Source: Vitrella brassicaformis CCMP3155 (taxonomy: Eukaryota; Protista; Chromerida). Taken from it: DNA of 64,000 bases. Positions 1 to 13,500 of the stretch are shown here, piece by piece. The stretch's first letter is position 1. Each line of letters starts with the position of its first letter. The position numbers and the translations under genes are program-made. Below the pieces are notes generated by a model. It was not told where the DNA came from, searched no databases, and saw only the letters and a program-made list of their open reading frames with translations. Location: NCBI GenBank assembly GCA_001179505.1, contig CDMY01000238.1:1-64000 (forward strand). The letters are read 5' to 3'.

Positions 1-87
1 TGAACGATGAGCGCTGACAAACAATCACGCCGCCCATTCACGCAGCCTCACCTGCCGACCGTCAGCAGCAGCAGCAGCAGCAGACAT
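1..87 (-). CDS. First exon (87-52) and start of intron 1 of a further copy (copy 0) of the lineage-specific F-box/LRR-like family; gene runs off the window edge
   Basis: Minus strand reads ATG TCT GCT.. GAC GGT CGG CAG|GTGAGG (MSAAAAAADGRQ). Its leader (ccatctgtcggcttcaagtttgcagc) and intron (ggcgtgattgtttgtcagc..tcatcgttca) match the copy starting at 10513. Confidence 0.75.
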
Positions 88-690
88 TCTCCGTCACGCA
101 GTGAAGCAACTTTAGCAGCCGGGGAATGTAGCGCTGCAAACTTGAAGCCGACAGATGGTGACGAATAAGGAAAGGGAAGAGAGGAGACGGATCTTTCTTC
201 GAGTTGGGGTAAAGTGCTGCTCCGAAACCCGCGGCGGTGCGCTCTCATGCACCCCCAGCACTCCGTGCGTGGTTGGGGGCGATGTTTGCTGGCTGGCCAC
301 CTGGGGATGGGCGGTATCTACGTATGGAGTCATGGTGCCTGACGCACGCACGCACGCCGCCTTCAAGCTGCTGCTGGGGTGGCGTGTGTGCGACGCTGTG
401 TGCCTGCTTGTATGTGGCCGTCGTTCGCAGCGCATTGCATATCCTCCTGTCTGCTGCATCTGCCCTCTGCGTGCTGCGTGTTGCGTGTCCGGGCTGCATG
501 TTCGGGTGCGTGTTTCATGTTGGACAGACCGACAGGGGACTTGGCCGTCAGGCCACCTAGGGTGCTCCCTGAAACCGCTTCTTCGCTGGTCGCTTCTGGA
601 GTTCCAGCCAAATCACCCATTCCTTCATCGAGCTATCAGCCTCGTAACCAACCAAGTGACACACGTGAGTCAGTGAAGCAACTGCAGAGA

Positions 691-2916
691 ATGTCTGCTG
701 ATGATAATGATGATGATGACGGCTGCCAGGTGAGGCTGCGTGAATGAGTGAGAGGCGGCGTCACTGGCGTGATTGTTTATCAGCTCATCGTTCACTCGAC
801 GTCTGTGTGTGATGACAGGCTGCCCCTGCTGCAAGCGATGAGGATCACCGACGCGCCGAGAGGGAGACGGAACTTAGGCAGGCCATCGCAGACACGGTAG
901 TCCAAATGACCCAGACAGTCTGAATGAAGCGCCTGACTCGTCGGCTATCTGTGTGTCTTTGCCTTTGTGCAGCCTGGTCTTGTCAACTGCATCACGGCCT
1001 TTCTGCCCCTTTATCTGCTCGGCCTGCTGTCCAACACGGCCTGGGACCATGCAGCGCCCACACACACCCATCTCACCATCGACAGCACCAACAGCAACGA
1101 GCGGTCGGTGTGGCAGCGGGTCCCTCTCGCTCTCGTCACCCAATGGGCCAACAAACTCACTCGGCTGACGGCAATTACTCTCCGCTACCCCGTGGGTAAG
1201 GCTCTGTGGTGCATCGACGTCTTCATCACCGTGATCGAGGGCCATGTTGCCGGACGGCGAGCAGCCAACATGAATGGCGGCACCCTGCGGTCCATCATAT
1301 TGGAGGGGGTGCGATTGGCTAAGAGGGAGATGAGTACCGTCCGCCGACCACAGCAGCTACCCCCTGACCAGATTGCGCTTGTCGTCCCCCCTCCATCCCT
1401 TGATGCGCTCACAACCATCACCGGCCTCCTTTACGACCATCGTTTCCTTGCCGACAGAGACTGGCGGATGCCGTTACTCGAGCGCGTGGAGCAGGACAAG
1501 TGGGTTCCGGACGAGCTGGGCCAGTTCATCTGCTCGTCGCGGTCGCTGAAGCACGTGGGCGGGGATTTGGGATTCGGGAGTCTGTGGGCCGTCGGCGGGG
1601 GGGGTGGATAGATGTGTTTAAGCGCATGCCCGAGGCAGCTGCTGGGCAGAGAGGGCCACTTGCAGGCTTGCAGAGTATCGGCCCCATCAGGATTCCGACT
1701 TACCAGGCCAGTGCAGCGGTCGACAGACTACAGGTAACTCAGCCAAGAATACAGATATATAGCTGCACGTGCCAGAGAGGTCTTGGTGGTGATCGCAGCA
1801 TGTGTGTGTGCTGTAGATGGCACTCGTGTCGCGTGGCTGCCGTCGGTCGCTCACTCGGCTGACGGTGTCGACGGGCTTGTACGGCTTCGACAGCAGCGTC
1901 CTTCCCCTCCTGCAGTCCCTCGAGTCGCTGCACAGCTCGTGCTGCCGACCCGACGCCGAAATCGCCTTCGAGGCCCGATATGTCGGCAGTTTCGACCTGT
2001 CACTCTTCTACAGCGACCACCTTCTCCCTACTACGTCCCCTCTCGTCATGACGACCATCCAGGCGGCCGCACGGAACGCGATACACCTCAACTACGACAT
2101 CAGCCAGCATGGCTTCACCCATCCCGTCGACAGCCCCAGCCAGGCGGCCATCGACATCGCCAAGACACTCACATTCGACACCGTGAACGACGTGATTGTC
2201 CGCAACGCCCATGGCTTCGTCCCCCCTCCCAACACCCCTTCACCGCAGCCCGCCATCATCGACCACCTACAGCAGTTCCCAAGAGCCCGAGAGTTGCGCG
2301 TCGAGAGTGCTCATGGTGGTGCGGCAGGACGGCTGTTGGCAGAGAAGATGCCGAGTAAGGTGGTGAAGGTGACGTTCGGCGAGTACGTGAGTCTATAGGA
2401 CCGAAGTGGCGTGCTGGAGGCGCTGGGGTCGCTGAGGGAAGTAGAGGAAGTCGAGCTCTGTTCAGATCGGGGTTGGCTTGCTCTCGCTAAGGGCCCCTTA
2501 GATGGCTGGGCATCGGACAGTTTCCCATCAATTCACAACATAAACATCGCGCTGGCAGGTATGTAATGCACCGGAATCGAGGACTCTGGCTGGCTTATCT
2601 ATTTGTGCATTGCTGCCACCTGCTGCTGTACGTGTGCTGTTTCTCAGTACTCGAAGATTTGGAGCCCGCTGCTGCTGCCGAGCGGATCCCCGACGGCATC
2701 TCCTCCATCGTCGGTGGCGTGCGGGGCCTGGTGCGTTTGACGGTGGATGTCTTTGGGCCTTGGGGAGCTGATCAATCAGATGAAGAAGCGTTTAAACTTG
2801 CTATACAGCAGCTGCTCCTCGACGGGACGAGAATTGGCGATAACTTCACTATCAGCAACATTGACAAATGCACGTGTATGGGTCTTCACCATCAAGTGAC
2901 TGCAAGTCGCTCTTAG
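691..2916 (+). pseudogene. Family copy 1 (type A), probably disrupted
   Basis: Exons 691-729, 819-896, 973-1733, 1817-2558 and ~2648-2916 align with copies 2-4 (PGLVNCITAFLPL, LTHPVDSPSQAAIDIAKTLTFD, AAAERI.DGISSIV.GVRGL). An 8-G run at 1597-1604 shifts the frame, and an in-frame TAG at 2396-2398 is followed by homologous sequence (DRSGVLEALG). Confidence 0.75.
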
Positions 2917-3866
2917 AGGGTGAGCGGGACCAGAGGGAGCAGTGCAGGCATCGCCCTCATATAGTGTGTGTGTGTGTCTTCACGCTGCGTGTCGAGTCAG
3001 CTGTGACATAACACAACAGCACCACGCCATAGGACGCACATCTTTTGAGTCTGTCCTTGCCGTACGTCTACTGCACGGCATTGCTACTATACCTCTTCGT
3101 CTGTCTGTCTGGCTGGCTGGCTGGCTGTCTGCCGGCTGTTTTTTCCATGACTGCGGTGGATAAAGGTATGCTTGCTAATCGTGCTGCCTTTCTGCTGCTG
3201 CTGCCACTTGTCTGATCCCTTTCTAGCCGGCCGACCATCTCTGTGTTTCTCTCTCTCTCCTTGGGTCGAGAGTGGGGTGGTGAAGGATGGCCAACACGAC
3301 CATGGTGGTCGAGCAGGGGCCCCGGACAGACAGAGGCACGAAGACACAGACAGATGCATACTGCGTGTCGGCGTGGTGCAATTCGATTCTCGTCGACATG
3401 AGGCTATGGCCTGCTTGAGTGTGGGTGTCCCCATTGCTGCTGAGTGAATGAACGGGTGAATGCATCTCTTTGTGTGACTCATCCAACATACACACCCGCG
3501 CCAACCGAATGTCGACATATGCGTCATGGACAATGAGTCAAAATGAATGCACCGCTCGGGAACTCGTCCGGCTGCCCGGAACCCGGCACAGGGCAGCGTA
3601 GTTTTCCGCAGTCCACTCCCTTCGCACCCGTGCGAGCTTGAGCTCGCCATCCGGGGAGAAAGGAAAGCGAAAAGAACATCTCTGCGTCGTGTGACAAGGT
3701 GCGCGTGGTGGCGGGCCGCACATCAGCCTGATGCATCTGTCCATCTCATCTCCTATATGCGTGCAGGGCCCCCTGTGTCTGCTGTCGGTGTGGTGTGGTG
3801 TGGTGTGGTGCCACTGTCCCCCTGCGAAGCTCTCTCTCTCTGGTGTGCTGCTGTGTTGTGATCACC

Positions 3867-4918
3867 ATGGCGTCAAGCGCATATATCAACCAACTGCTCG
3901 AGGTCAGAAGAGCTTGGGAGAGATAGATGTGCACACAGACAGTCAGGCAGACAGACAGGCAGAGAGAGAGATGGACACACAGCCCAGTTGATTGTGGTGG
4001 TGGGTCGTGCCGTGTCATTCAGGCAGAGAAGCGTGCACAGGAGATCGTTGAGCAGGCCCGTAAGAAGAAGGCCGCACGACTCAAGGTACCTGCCTTGTCG
4101 GGACCATTGCCCTCCCCCCGCCCCTACCCCCTCTCTCACACATACAAACACATGTGTTTCTGTCGTTCCTTTCTCCATCTCTGTGGTTGATTGGCTGGCT
4201 GGCTGGTTGGTTGGTTGGTTTGTTGATGCAGGAGGCCAAGAACGAGGCTGACAAGGAGTTGGTGGCCTTCCGGGAGCAACAGGAGAAACTCTTCAACGAA
4301 CATAAAGTATGTGCGCAGAGGTGTGTATGTCGTTCTTTGCCCTCACACTCTGTCTGTCTGTCTGTCTGTCTGGTGCTTGTGTGTGTGTGATGTGCAGGCC
4401 CAGATGGGTTCCAACACTGGCGAGCAGCAGCTCATCACCGAGACGGAGAAGACCATTCAGGTAGACAGACATACATGCGTGTGGGCCCACACAGAGGTGG
4501 GTGGGTGGCTGCACAGAAATGTGTGTGTGTGTGTGTGTGTGTGCAGTCGATCAATGAGACTTTCAAGAAAAACAAAGAGGGCGTCAAGAAGGTGAGTGGC
4601 AGCGCGCATCCATTCAACCACACGCTTGCTGCCCTTCTGCCACCGTTCCCTCTCCACCTCTCTCTCTCTTCCTGTGTCTGTGTGTCTGACAGTATGTGTG
4701 CGATATGGTGTCGGCCATCGATCTCGACCTGCCACAGGCATACCAACATACACAAACCACACACAAACACACACACACACACATACTCACACACATCAAC
4801 AGACAGACAGACACAGAGGAAAATGTGTGTGTGTGTGGGGGGGGGGGGTGTGTGGGTCTGTGTCTGTGTGCAGGCCACCAAGCAGTCGCTGGAGCAGGAG
4901 CAGGGGGCCAAGAAATAG
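3867..4918 (+). CDS. ATP6V1G: V-type proton ATPase subunit G (about 6 exons)
   Basis: Spliced product MASSAYINQLLE|AEKRAQEIVEQARKKKAARLK|..EAKNEADKELVAFREQQEKLFNEHK|AQMGSNTGEQQLITETEKTIQ|SINETFKKNKEGVKK|YVCDMVSAIDL.. has the subunit G pattern 'QLL.AE..A...V..AR......LK.AK.EA..E'. Introns are GT-AG. Confidence 0.9.
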
Positions 4919-5664
4919 GCAATCAATAGGCACCAGACACCGGAAAGGAACGGACACACAGACAGACAGACGGACAGAGAGGAGTCAGTAGAGTAGGGCT
5001 GTTTTGCCAGTGGGGTGAGGTGAGTGAGTCAGTCAGTCGTCAGGTGTACATAACGATGCTATGCTGCTATACCTCAATATGTATCAACTGATGGATCGAT
5101 GGCTGGATGGCTGGATGAGTGGCGTTTTTCTCGCAGCCTGGATGGCTGGGCGGATGTCATCACATAGGAGCGATTCATTCGATGATTGAGTGGCTAGGCC
5201 GATCCTCTTACTTTCTCTGTTTCTCCCCTTCCCTCCCCTTTGTGTGCCCACCCGTCTCTCACCCACCACACCGAAGCCACCTCGTCCATCTGTGTGTGGT
5301 TGTGCGCCTGATGTCGGTGTGGATGGATGGATGGATGGTTTAAAAGCTGACACACAGACAGACAGACAGACCTGCTGTGTATCTGTATGACTGCACGTGC
5401 ACTGTCGACTTCTGCTGGATTGCGAAAGCTGGTGGAATGGTGTAATGGATGGCCGCCTTCATCGACCAGATCTTTGCTGTTGCTACATTGAGAATCGTCC
5501 ACTCACACGGTTTCACGGAGCACCCCACCGCTCGCATGTGTGAGCTCAGCTGTCTTCGTGAATCAAGCGCGAGGAGCTGCCTCCAAGGGCGTAGAAGACG
5601 CAGCCAAATATGTCGTCTGGTTTCGTGACGGACCGATTGTACCGAGCGGAGTTGGTCCGAGACT

Positions 5665-6162
5665 GTGACCACTACTCTCACCGACCCCCCTGCCGGCAGC
5701 ATCGGCGATGTGCAGGACCATCTCTTCACCTGGTTCAAACACATAAAGGAGGCGCACCCCGCAGAGATCCAGTTCGTCGGAAAGCCAATCGTTGCTGACC
5801 GCTCAGTTCCCATCAGGTCTTTCTTCCAGGAGCACGAGGGTGCGACCAGGCAAACGACTATCGTCTTCTACAGACAACCCGGCCATGAGAGTATGTGTGT
5901 GCGGAAGGAGGGAGGCACTAGGCCGACCAGATGTGATTCGTATGTTGTGGTGTTGTTTGCGTGTGTGTCAGGAGCAGAGAACAACGCCGCCGCGACTCCC
6001 ATCCGGCCATCTACGCAGCAGCAGCAAGGTAGAGGTAGAGCGACACAAAGGCACGCGGGAAGGCAAGGCTTGTGCCTGTGTTGTCTGATGCAGATGTCGT
6101 GGTGGAGTCTACTGCCGGCCGTCCAAAACGGCGTGCAGTACGTCGTGAAGAAGCGTGAGTGA
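5665..6162 (+). CDS. Hypothetical protein, probably spliced; boundaries uncertain
   Basis: Protein-like ORF segment (DVQDHLFTWFKHIKEAHPAEIQFVGKPIV..) followed by plausible short introns. No family recognised. Confidence 0.3.
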   Translation: MTTTLTDPPAGSIGDVQDHLFTWFKHIKEAHPAEIQFVGKPIVADRSVPIRSFFQEHEGATRQTTIVFYRQPGHESMCVRKEGGTRPTRCDSYVVVLFACVSGAENNAAATPIRPSTQQQQGRGRATQRHAGRQGLCLCCLMQMSWWSLLPAVQNGVQYVVKKRE

Positions 6163-7216
6163 CGGCTATATGCGTGTGTCTTCATGAGCTGGCCAATATG
6201 GGACACTAAGACATACCAGTAGGTGGGTGTGCGTGTGTGTGGAGGGAGGGAGGGAGGGAGTGCTATTTGTTGCTTTATGTTGGTTGTGTCGGGCAAGTGG
6301 GAAGCGATTTACTGAGCAGATTTGGTATGATTGATGGGCTGATTTGACGATGAGTAGTTTGTGCGTGGACGTGTGTGCGTGTTGAGATTGTCGTGTAGAT
6401 GAGGCATGGATTGGTCAAGGACGGACAGCACAGCGAAGAGGCCGCCCCCGGACCAAGCAGAACACACAGACAGGCAGACAGACAGATGCATATCGGACAT
6501 ACGCGCATCAATTCGATTCTCGTCGACGACATGAGGCCACGGCCTCTGTGAGTGTGCTCCCATTATGTCCCCACGATCAACGGTTGACACGACGGAATGG
6601 CTCGCTGGCTTTGCACAGCTTCACACACACCGACGCACAGACACACACACGGAAGTCATTTACTCAAAATGAACGCGTCCATGCATGAGTCCGCCATTCC
6701 ACCCACTAGCTTCGTGTAGACACCAACAGGTACACACACATACACACTCACGATCACATGGCAGCATTCCGTTTGAATGCGCCTATCCCGTCCTCGTGGG
6801 ACACAACTGTGAGTGTGTGCACACCAACAGCGGAACAAACGCACCCCCTCCCACACACACACGCTCGCCTCGCTGCAAGCGACGTCAGCCAGGGGTCCGC
6901 TTGTCTGCCCTTGACACGGCCCACACACACATTGATGGCCACAGTGCGTCTACAATGAGAGTGTTGGTGTATTGTGTCTTGCGGCATGTGAGATGTGGGA
7001 TGTGTATGGGAGCGGGAGCATCAGCCGACAGACACAGCAGAGAATATCCACCCACTCACGTATTCACCAAACAAGTGTCGACAACAATTAATGCTGCGTT
7101 CTGTGGTGTATACCTGTGTGCACTCGACAGACACCCTGAAGACACACACACACACACACACGTACACACAAGATAGGGGTGATGGATGCATTGCTATGCC
7201 TCTTCTCGCTTACCCT

Positions 7217-10089
7217 TTAAGAGCGACGAGTTGCAGTCAAGCGGACAGTCGATGTTCGGTATATCTCACCTTTTTCGATGGTGAAGTTGCTACCGACCTC
7301 TGTGCCGATGGGGAGAAGCTGTCGAACAGCAGCGCGAGTGGCGTCGCTGCCACGCACTACCAGGGTCAGACTCCGCAGGCCCCGCACGCCATCCACGATA
7401 GACGAGATGCCGCTGCGGATTCGCTCAACAGCCGCTGAGGGCTCCAACTCATCGGGCACTGAGGAATAACAACGAATAACACACACACGGCCAGAATACA
7501 CACATAGGCTGGACAAGCCAGAATCGTCTCTAAACTGCACTGCATTGCATACCTTTTACGAGTATTTCTAGGTTGTAAATCGATGGGTAGCTATTCGATG
7601 ACCAGCCGTCAAAGGCGCCGTCAGTAAGACTGACAGCATACCAGTGAAAGCTGCTGCCTTGCCACCGGAAGGGCCTGGCGACAGTGACCGTTTCCATTTC
7701 CCCCTCCGTCCCTAGTGCCTCCAGGACGTTCCTCCTTTCGTCTGCACTCAGAGCTGAGTCGAACCACAGCGACTCCACCTTCTTCGGCATCTTCTCTGCC
7801 AGCAACCGAGCCGTAGCACCGCCAACAGAGCTGAGGACCTGTAGCTGCCGGGCCGTTGGAAACGGCTGCAGGTGGTCGATGATGGCGGGGCGGGGCGAGG
7901 GGGTGTTGGGAGGGGGGACGAAGCCATCGGCGTTGCAGACCGACAACTCATTCACGCTGTCGAATGTGAGTGTCTTGGCGATATCGATGGCCGCCGGGCT
8001 GGGGCTGTCGACGGGGTGGGTGAGATCATGCTGGCTGATGACGTACACCACCCTCCTCGCCTTCCGTGCGGCCGCCTGGATGGCGCTCTTGAAAAGTGGG
8101 GAGGGGTTGGGGGGAAAGTCGTCGCTGTAGAAGAGCGACAAGTCGAAACTCTGGTGGACATTAGGGTCGGCCTCAAAAATGACGTTGGCGTCGGGCCGGC
8201 AGCACGACTTGTGCAGCGACTCGACGGACTCCAAGAGGGGAAAAACCCTGCTGTCGATAAGCTGGCGGCGGAAAGGTGGGTAAGTCCTGACCAAAAAGCT
8301 CATTTCCACCACCAGCTGAGTGAGCGACCGACGGCAGCCACGCGATGTGAGTGCAGCCTACAGCACACACGAACAGCAAAGACACGTGGCGTAATCACAT
8401 TCAAACTTGGTCTGTCTTGCTTTCTCATTCATTTCTGCTGAATTACCTGCAGCCTGTCGACCGCTGCACCGGCCTCGTCAACATCGCCGGCCAGCTGGAT
8501 GGTGCCGATACTCTGCAGCTGACTCAGCGGCACCGGCTGCCCAGCCGCTGCCTTGGGGATGTGCTCAAACACCGCCGCCGCCCACTGCTCACCCAGCAGA
8601 TGGCTGGGGGCGTACTGCAGATCCCCACTTATGTGCTGCAGCGACCGTGACGAGCTGACGAAGCGGCCAAGCTCGCCCGTGTACCACCCCTGCTGCTCCA
8701 GGCGCTCGAGTGATGGCATCCGCCACCCTCTGTCGGCCAAGACACCATGGTCTCCGACGGCTCCTGTGACGGCTTTGAGTGAGGGGAATGTGGGGGCCTC
8801 GGTGAGGCGAGGAGGGAGAGGGAGACTGCGTCGCTCCACTTCACGTTCCTCCGCCTCACTCATCCGCACCTCTTCGAATGCGATGGTCTCCAGCCGACTG
8901 GCCGACGGTCGCACCTCGGAGGGCCTCTGGGGGGCTTCTCCCTGTGTGCCGGGCTGGTCGGTGGCGGGAGGCGGCTGAGAGGGGGAGGGCGGGGCGGCTG
9001 TGGTCTCAATGATGGTCACCAACACGTCAGTGCACCACATAGGCTCATGCTCAGGGTGGCAGAGGGCGATATGAGTGAGGCCGGTGAGCCGTGCCGCCAT
9101 CCGCTTGACGAGGTCCAGAGGGATGCGCTGCCAAAAGGTGCGGCCCTCGGTCGGCGATCGCCAGCAGTGCTCGTCGTCCTTGGTGGCCCAGTCGATGAAG
9201 AGTCGTGTGTGGCTGGGGGCCGCCTGTTCCCACATCTGCTTGGTGCTCTTGGCCAGCCGCTGGGAGAGGGGGATGAGCACATGAAGGGGCAGACACTCCA
9301 TCACCAACGAACAAATCTGCACAACACACACAGTGAGAGCGGCAGGAGTGAGTGTGTCAGTCATTCACCGTAGATCCCCTCTGGCCGGTCTCACCGTTTC
9401 GATGCGCTGGCGCTTCTCTTTGTCGCCGGCCGCTGCACTGTCCTCTACACCACTACAACCAGCCGGGCCGCCAGCCACACGTGCGCGCTTGTTGCCGTCG
9501 CCAACACAAACCTGGACAGACAGACGCAGCCATGGGCCGATCCATGTGTGTGTGTGTGTCTGTCTGTCTGTCTATGTCTGCTTACGGCTTTGGAGTGCTG
9601 CGATTCTGAGTTGGTCTCAGCCGAACTCACAGCTGTGCCTACTCGATGGATGCACCGAAACAACCTCCCGTCGCCATCAGAGCCCTGACCACACACACAC
9701 CAAGCTCTCCTCTTCCCGTGTGACTGCTGTAGGGTGTGCGAACCTGTTGCTGATGCGGTGGTGTGTGGGTCTGATTGAGCGGGACGACCTTCTGGAACGG
9801 CTCCCGCACCCCGTTGACCGCCTCCACCGCCCTAAGGTGCACCACTGTCCCTCCCTCGGTCGGCTGCACGCGATACACCTCGGCCAGCGCCATGCCCCTC
9901 TTCGCGACAGTCGACACCATCCACACACGAGTGCCCTCCTCGTAACACTGAGTCCCACGGCGGGACACCAGCTGCTGAAACGAGCAAGCACACGGATGAA
10001 TCACATACTGGTTCACGTGTGCTGTCTTGACTGACCGGCGTCTGCGGCTGAGATCCAGCGGCGGAAGATGACGAAGCGGAAGAAGCCAT
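7217..10089 (-). CDS. Family copy 2 (type B, with extra N-terminal domain); appears intact
   Basis: Phase-consistent exon chain MASSASSSSAAGSQPQTP|QLVSRRGTQCYEEG..|GSDGDGRLFRC..|VCVGDGNKR..|ICSLVMECLPLHVL..VDRLQ|AALTSRGC..LVKG|VPDELEPSAAVERIRSG..TATRRS*. No stop or frameshift seen. Confidence 0.8.
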
Positions 10090-10512
10090 GGCGCCAATGA
10101 AGCAGTGAACCGAAGCAAGCAGCAGACGTCAAATGAGCGCCTGCAAGGTCAAGCGGGATGGATAAGTTGTGTTGCTTTGGCTGTGTGTTCCTTCACTCGC
10201 TGCTCACGTGTGTCCCGAACTCGCTTGGCTCGAGACTGATATCTTGAAGCAAGGCTGATTCGACAACTGCTTCGTTGCCTGTGGGTCGCCCAGACTTGCA
10301 CAGGCCCACAGCTACATACACCAGCACTTAGTACCACTGGCACTTACCCTAACTTGCCTCAGAGAGATCGGTCTTTCTCTCTCCCATTCCCATGCGTCCT
10401 GTCGTCGTTGTCCATCAGACTCGCAGACTCAGACCGTTTGTGCTTGATTCGTCAACCATCTGTCGGCTTCAAGTTTGCAGCCACATTCCCCGGCTGCTTG
10501 CTTCACGGATTG

Positions 10513-13500
10513 ATGTCTGCTGCTGCTGCTGCTGGAGATGACGGCTGGCAGGTGAGGTGAATAAATGGGTGGCGTCGTCATTGGCGTGATTGTTTGTCAG
10601 CTCATCGTTCACTCGTCTGTGTGTGTGTGCAATGACAGGCCTCATCTGCCGCTGCTGCAAGCGATGAGGATCAGCGACGCGCAGAGAGGGAGAGGGAACT
10701 CAGGCAGACCATCGCAGACACGGTAGTCCAAATGACTCAGACACGGCGAATGAAGCGCTGACTCGCTCACTCAGTGTGTGTCTTTGCCTTTGTGCAGCCT
10801 GGTCTCGTCGACTGCATCACGGCCTTTCTGCCGCTCCATCTGCTCGGCCTGCTGTCCACCACGGCCTGGGAGCACGCAGCGCCCACACACACACACCTCA
10901 CCATCGACAGCACCAACAGGAACGAGCGGTCGGTGTGGCAGCGGGTCCCTCTCGCTCTCGTCACCCAATGGGCTAAGAAATTCACTCAGCTGACAGCAAT
11001 TACTCTCCGCTACCCCGTGGGTAACGTCGTGGGTAAGGCTCTGTGGCGCATCGACGTCTTCATTACGGTGATTGAGTTGAATACCACTACCCTGCGCACG
11101 ATCGCATTTATAGAAGGGGTGCGATTGGTCAAGCGGGAGATGATGACCGTCGGCTCCCGACGGCAGCAGCGCCCTCTAAGACAGATCGCGCCTCTCGTCC
11201 CGCCGCCATCATTGGACTCGCTCACGACCATCACCGGGCTCCGCTTCCCTCATCGCGCCCTGGCGAGCAGAGGCTGGCGGATGCCATCACTACAGTGCGT
11301 CGAGCAGCAGGGGTGGAGGGCGGATGAGCTGGGCAGCTTCATCAGCTCGTCACGGTCGCTGCAGCACGTTGGCGGGAGGCTGTGGGGTGACGGTGAGCGG
11401 TGGGCCAGTGTGTTTGAGCTCATGCCTGAGGCAGCTGCTGGACGGAGAGGGCCACTTGCACGCCTGCAAAGCATCGGTAGAATCGAGCTGCGCGGCAATT
11501 TTGACCGCGTCTTCCACTATGCCTGTACAACGGTCGACACACTGCATGTAATTCAGCAGAAATGGCTGACCAAGTTTGGCTGTGATCACAGCATATGTGT
11601 GTGCTGTTCGTGTGTGGTGCAGGCTGTGCTCACATCGCGTGGCTGCACTGAATCGCTGACTCAGCTGGTGCTGTTGATGAGCACTCGAGGAGAACATCCT
11701 ATCAGGATAGACAGTCGTATTCTTCCCCTCTTGCACTCCATCGAGTCGCTGCATAACTCGTGCTGCCTACCCAACGCCGAGATCGTCTTCGAGGCGTCTT
11801 CGAGGCGTCTTCAAGGCCCTACTTTCGACCTGTCGTTCCTCCATGCGGACACATTCCCTTCTCACCCCTCCCTCCCGCTCAAGATGGCCATCCAGGCGGC
11901 TGCACGGAAGGCGACACAGCTCGAGTATTTCATCAGCCAGCATGACCTCAGCCACCCCAGCCAGGCGGCCATCGACATCGCCAACACACTCACATTCGAC
12001 AACGTGGAGCGCGTGTGGGTCAAGGACGCCAATGGCTTCGTCCCCCCTCCCGGAACCCCCCCGCCCCGCCATCATCGACCACCTGCCACGGTTCCCAAGA
12101 GCCAGAGAGCTGCATGTCGAGAGTGGTCTTGGTGGTGCGGCAGGTCGGCTGCTGGCAGAGAAGATGCCGAGCAAGGTGGAGTTCGTTGACTTCGGGGCCG
12201 AACGTACTCGCTGGTTCAGGACGAGTTGGTTCAGGACGACTGTGAGTCCACTGGATATAAGGAGCGTGCTGGAGGGGCTGGGGGCGGGAAGGGAGGTGAG
12301 CAAAGTCAACGTCGGCGGTGTACGGTGGTGGCAGGATGTCGGTGCGGTCAGTCTCGCTCAGAATCCCTTTGACGGCTGGTCATCGGATAAGTTCCCATCG
12401 ATTCACAACCTGGTCATGAGGCTGTCAGGTACGCAATGCATTCCTATCGACAATTCTGGCTGGTCCGTCTTATGTGTGCATTTCTGTTGTCTGTGAGCTA
12501 TTCCTCAGTTCCCGGCAATCTGGAGAGCACTTCTGCTGCTGAGCTGATCCGCGACGGCATCTCGTCGGTTGTGGATGGCGTGCGGGGCCTGAAGCGTTTG
12601 GGGCTGACGGTGTGCGGTGGCAAAGGCGTTCAGGAGTGGCTCTTATATGTGACCATTGCGTCAACGGACAGTGCGCTGGACATCTACAGTGCTCTTGGCG
12701 TTAGTACGGCTCGGCTGCTGGCAGAGAAGATGCCGAGGAAGATCAAGGAGGTGTGCTTCGAGACAACAGTGAGTCCAGAAGGCAGAAGGAGCGTGTTCGA
12801 GGTACTCGGGGTGGAGAGCGAAGTGGACACTGTCGAGGTCGGTAGAGGATGGCGGGGTGAGGTCAGTCTTACTGACGGCCCCTTTGACGGCTGGTCATCG
12901 AATAAGTTCCCATCGATTCACAACCTGGTCATGCATCTGTCAGGTACGCAATGCATTGCAATGGACAATTCTGGCTGGTCCGAGTCTGGTCCGTCTTTTG
13001 TGAGTGTTGTCGCCGTGTGTGTCGCCACTCAGTGCCCGACGAGTTGGACCCCTCTGCTGCTGCCGAGCGCATCCGCGACGGCATCTCGTCTATCGTGGAT
13101 GGCGTGCGGGGCCTGAAGCGTTTGAGGCTGACGGTGCGTGGTGGCAAAGGCGTTCACAAGCTGCTCTTATCTGTTACCATTGCATCAACGGACAGTGAAC
13201 TGCACATCTACAGTCCTCTTGGCGTTGGTACGGCCCAGATGCTGGCAGAGAAGATGCCCGGCAAGGTCAAAGAGGTAAAGTTCGAGACATCAGTGAGTCC
13301 ACAAGATAGGAGGAGCGTCCTGAAAGGCCTGGGCGTGGAGAGGGAGGTGACCAATGTCACTGTCGGTGACTGGTTGGGGCAAGTCAGTCTCGCTGATGGC
13401 CTCTTTGACGGCTGGGATAGTTTCCCATCAATCGACAACATATGCATGTGGTTGTCAGGTATGCACCGGAATCGAGGATTCTGGCTGGCCCATCTTGAGT

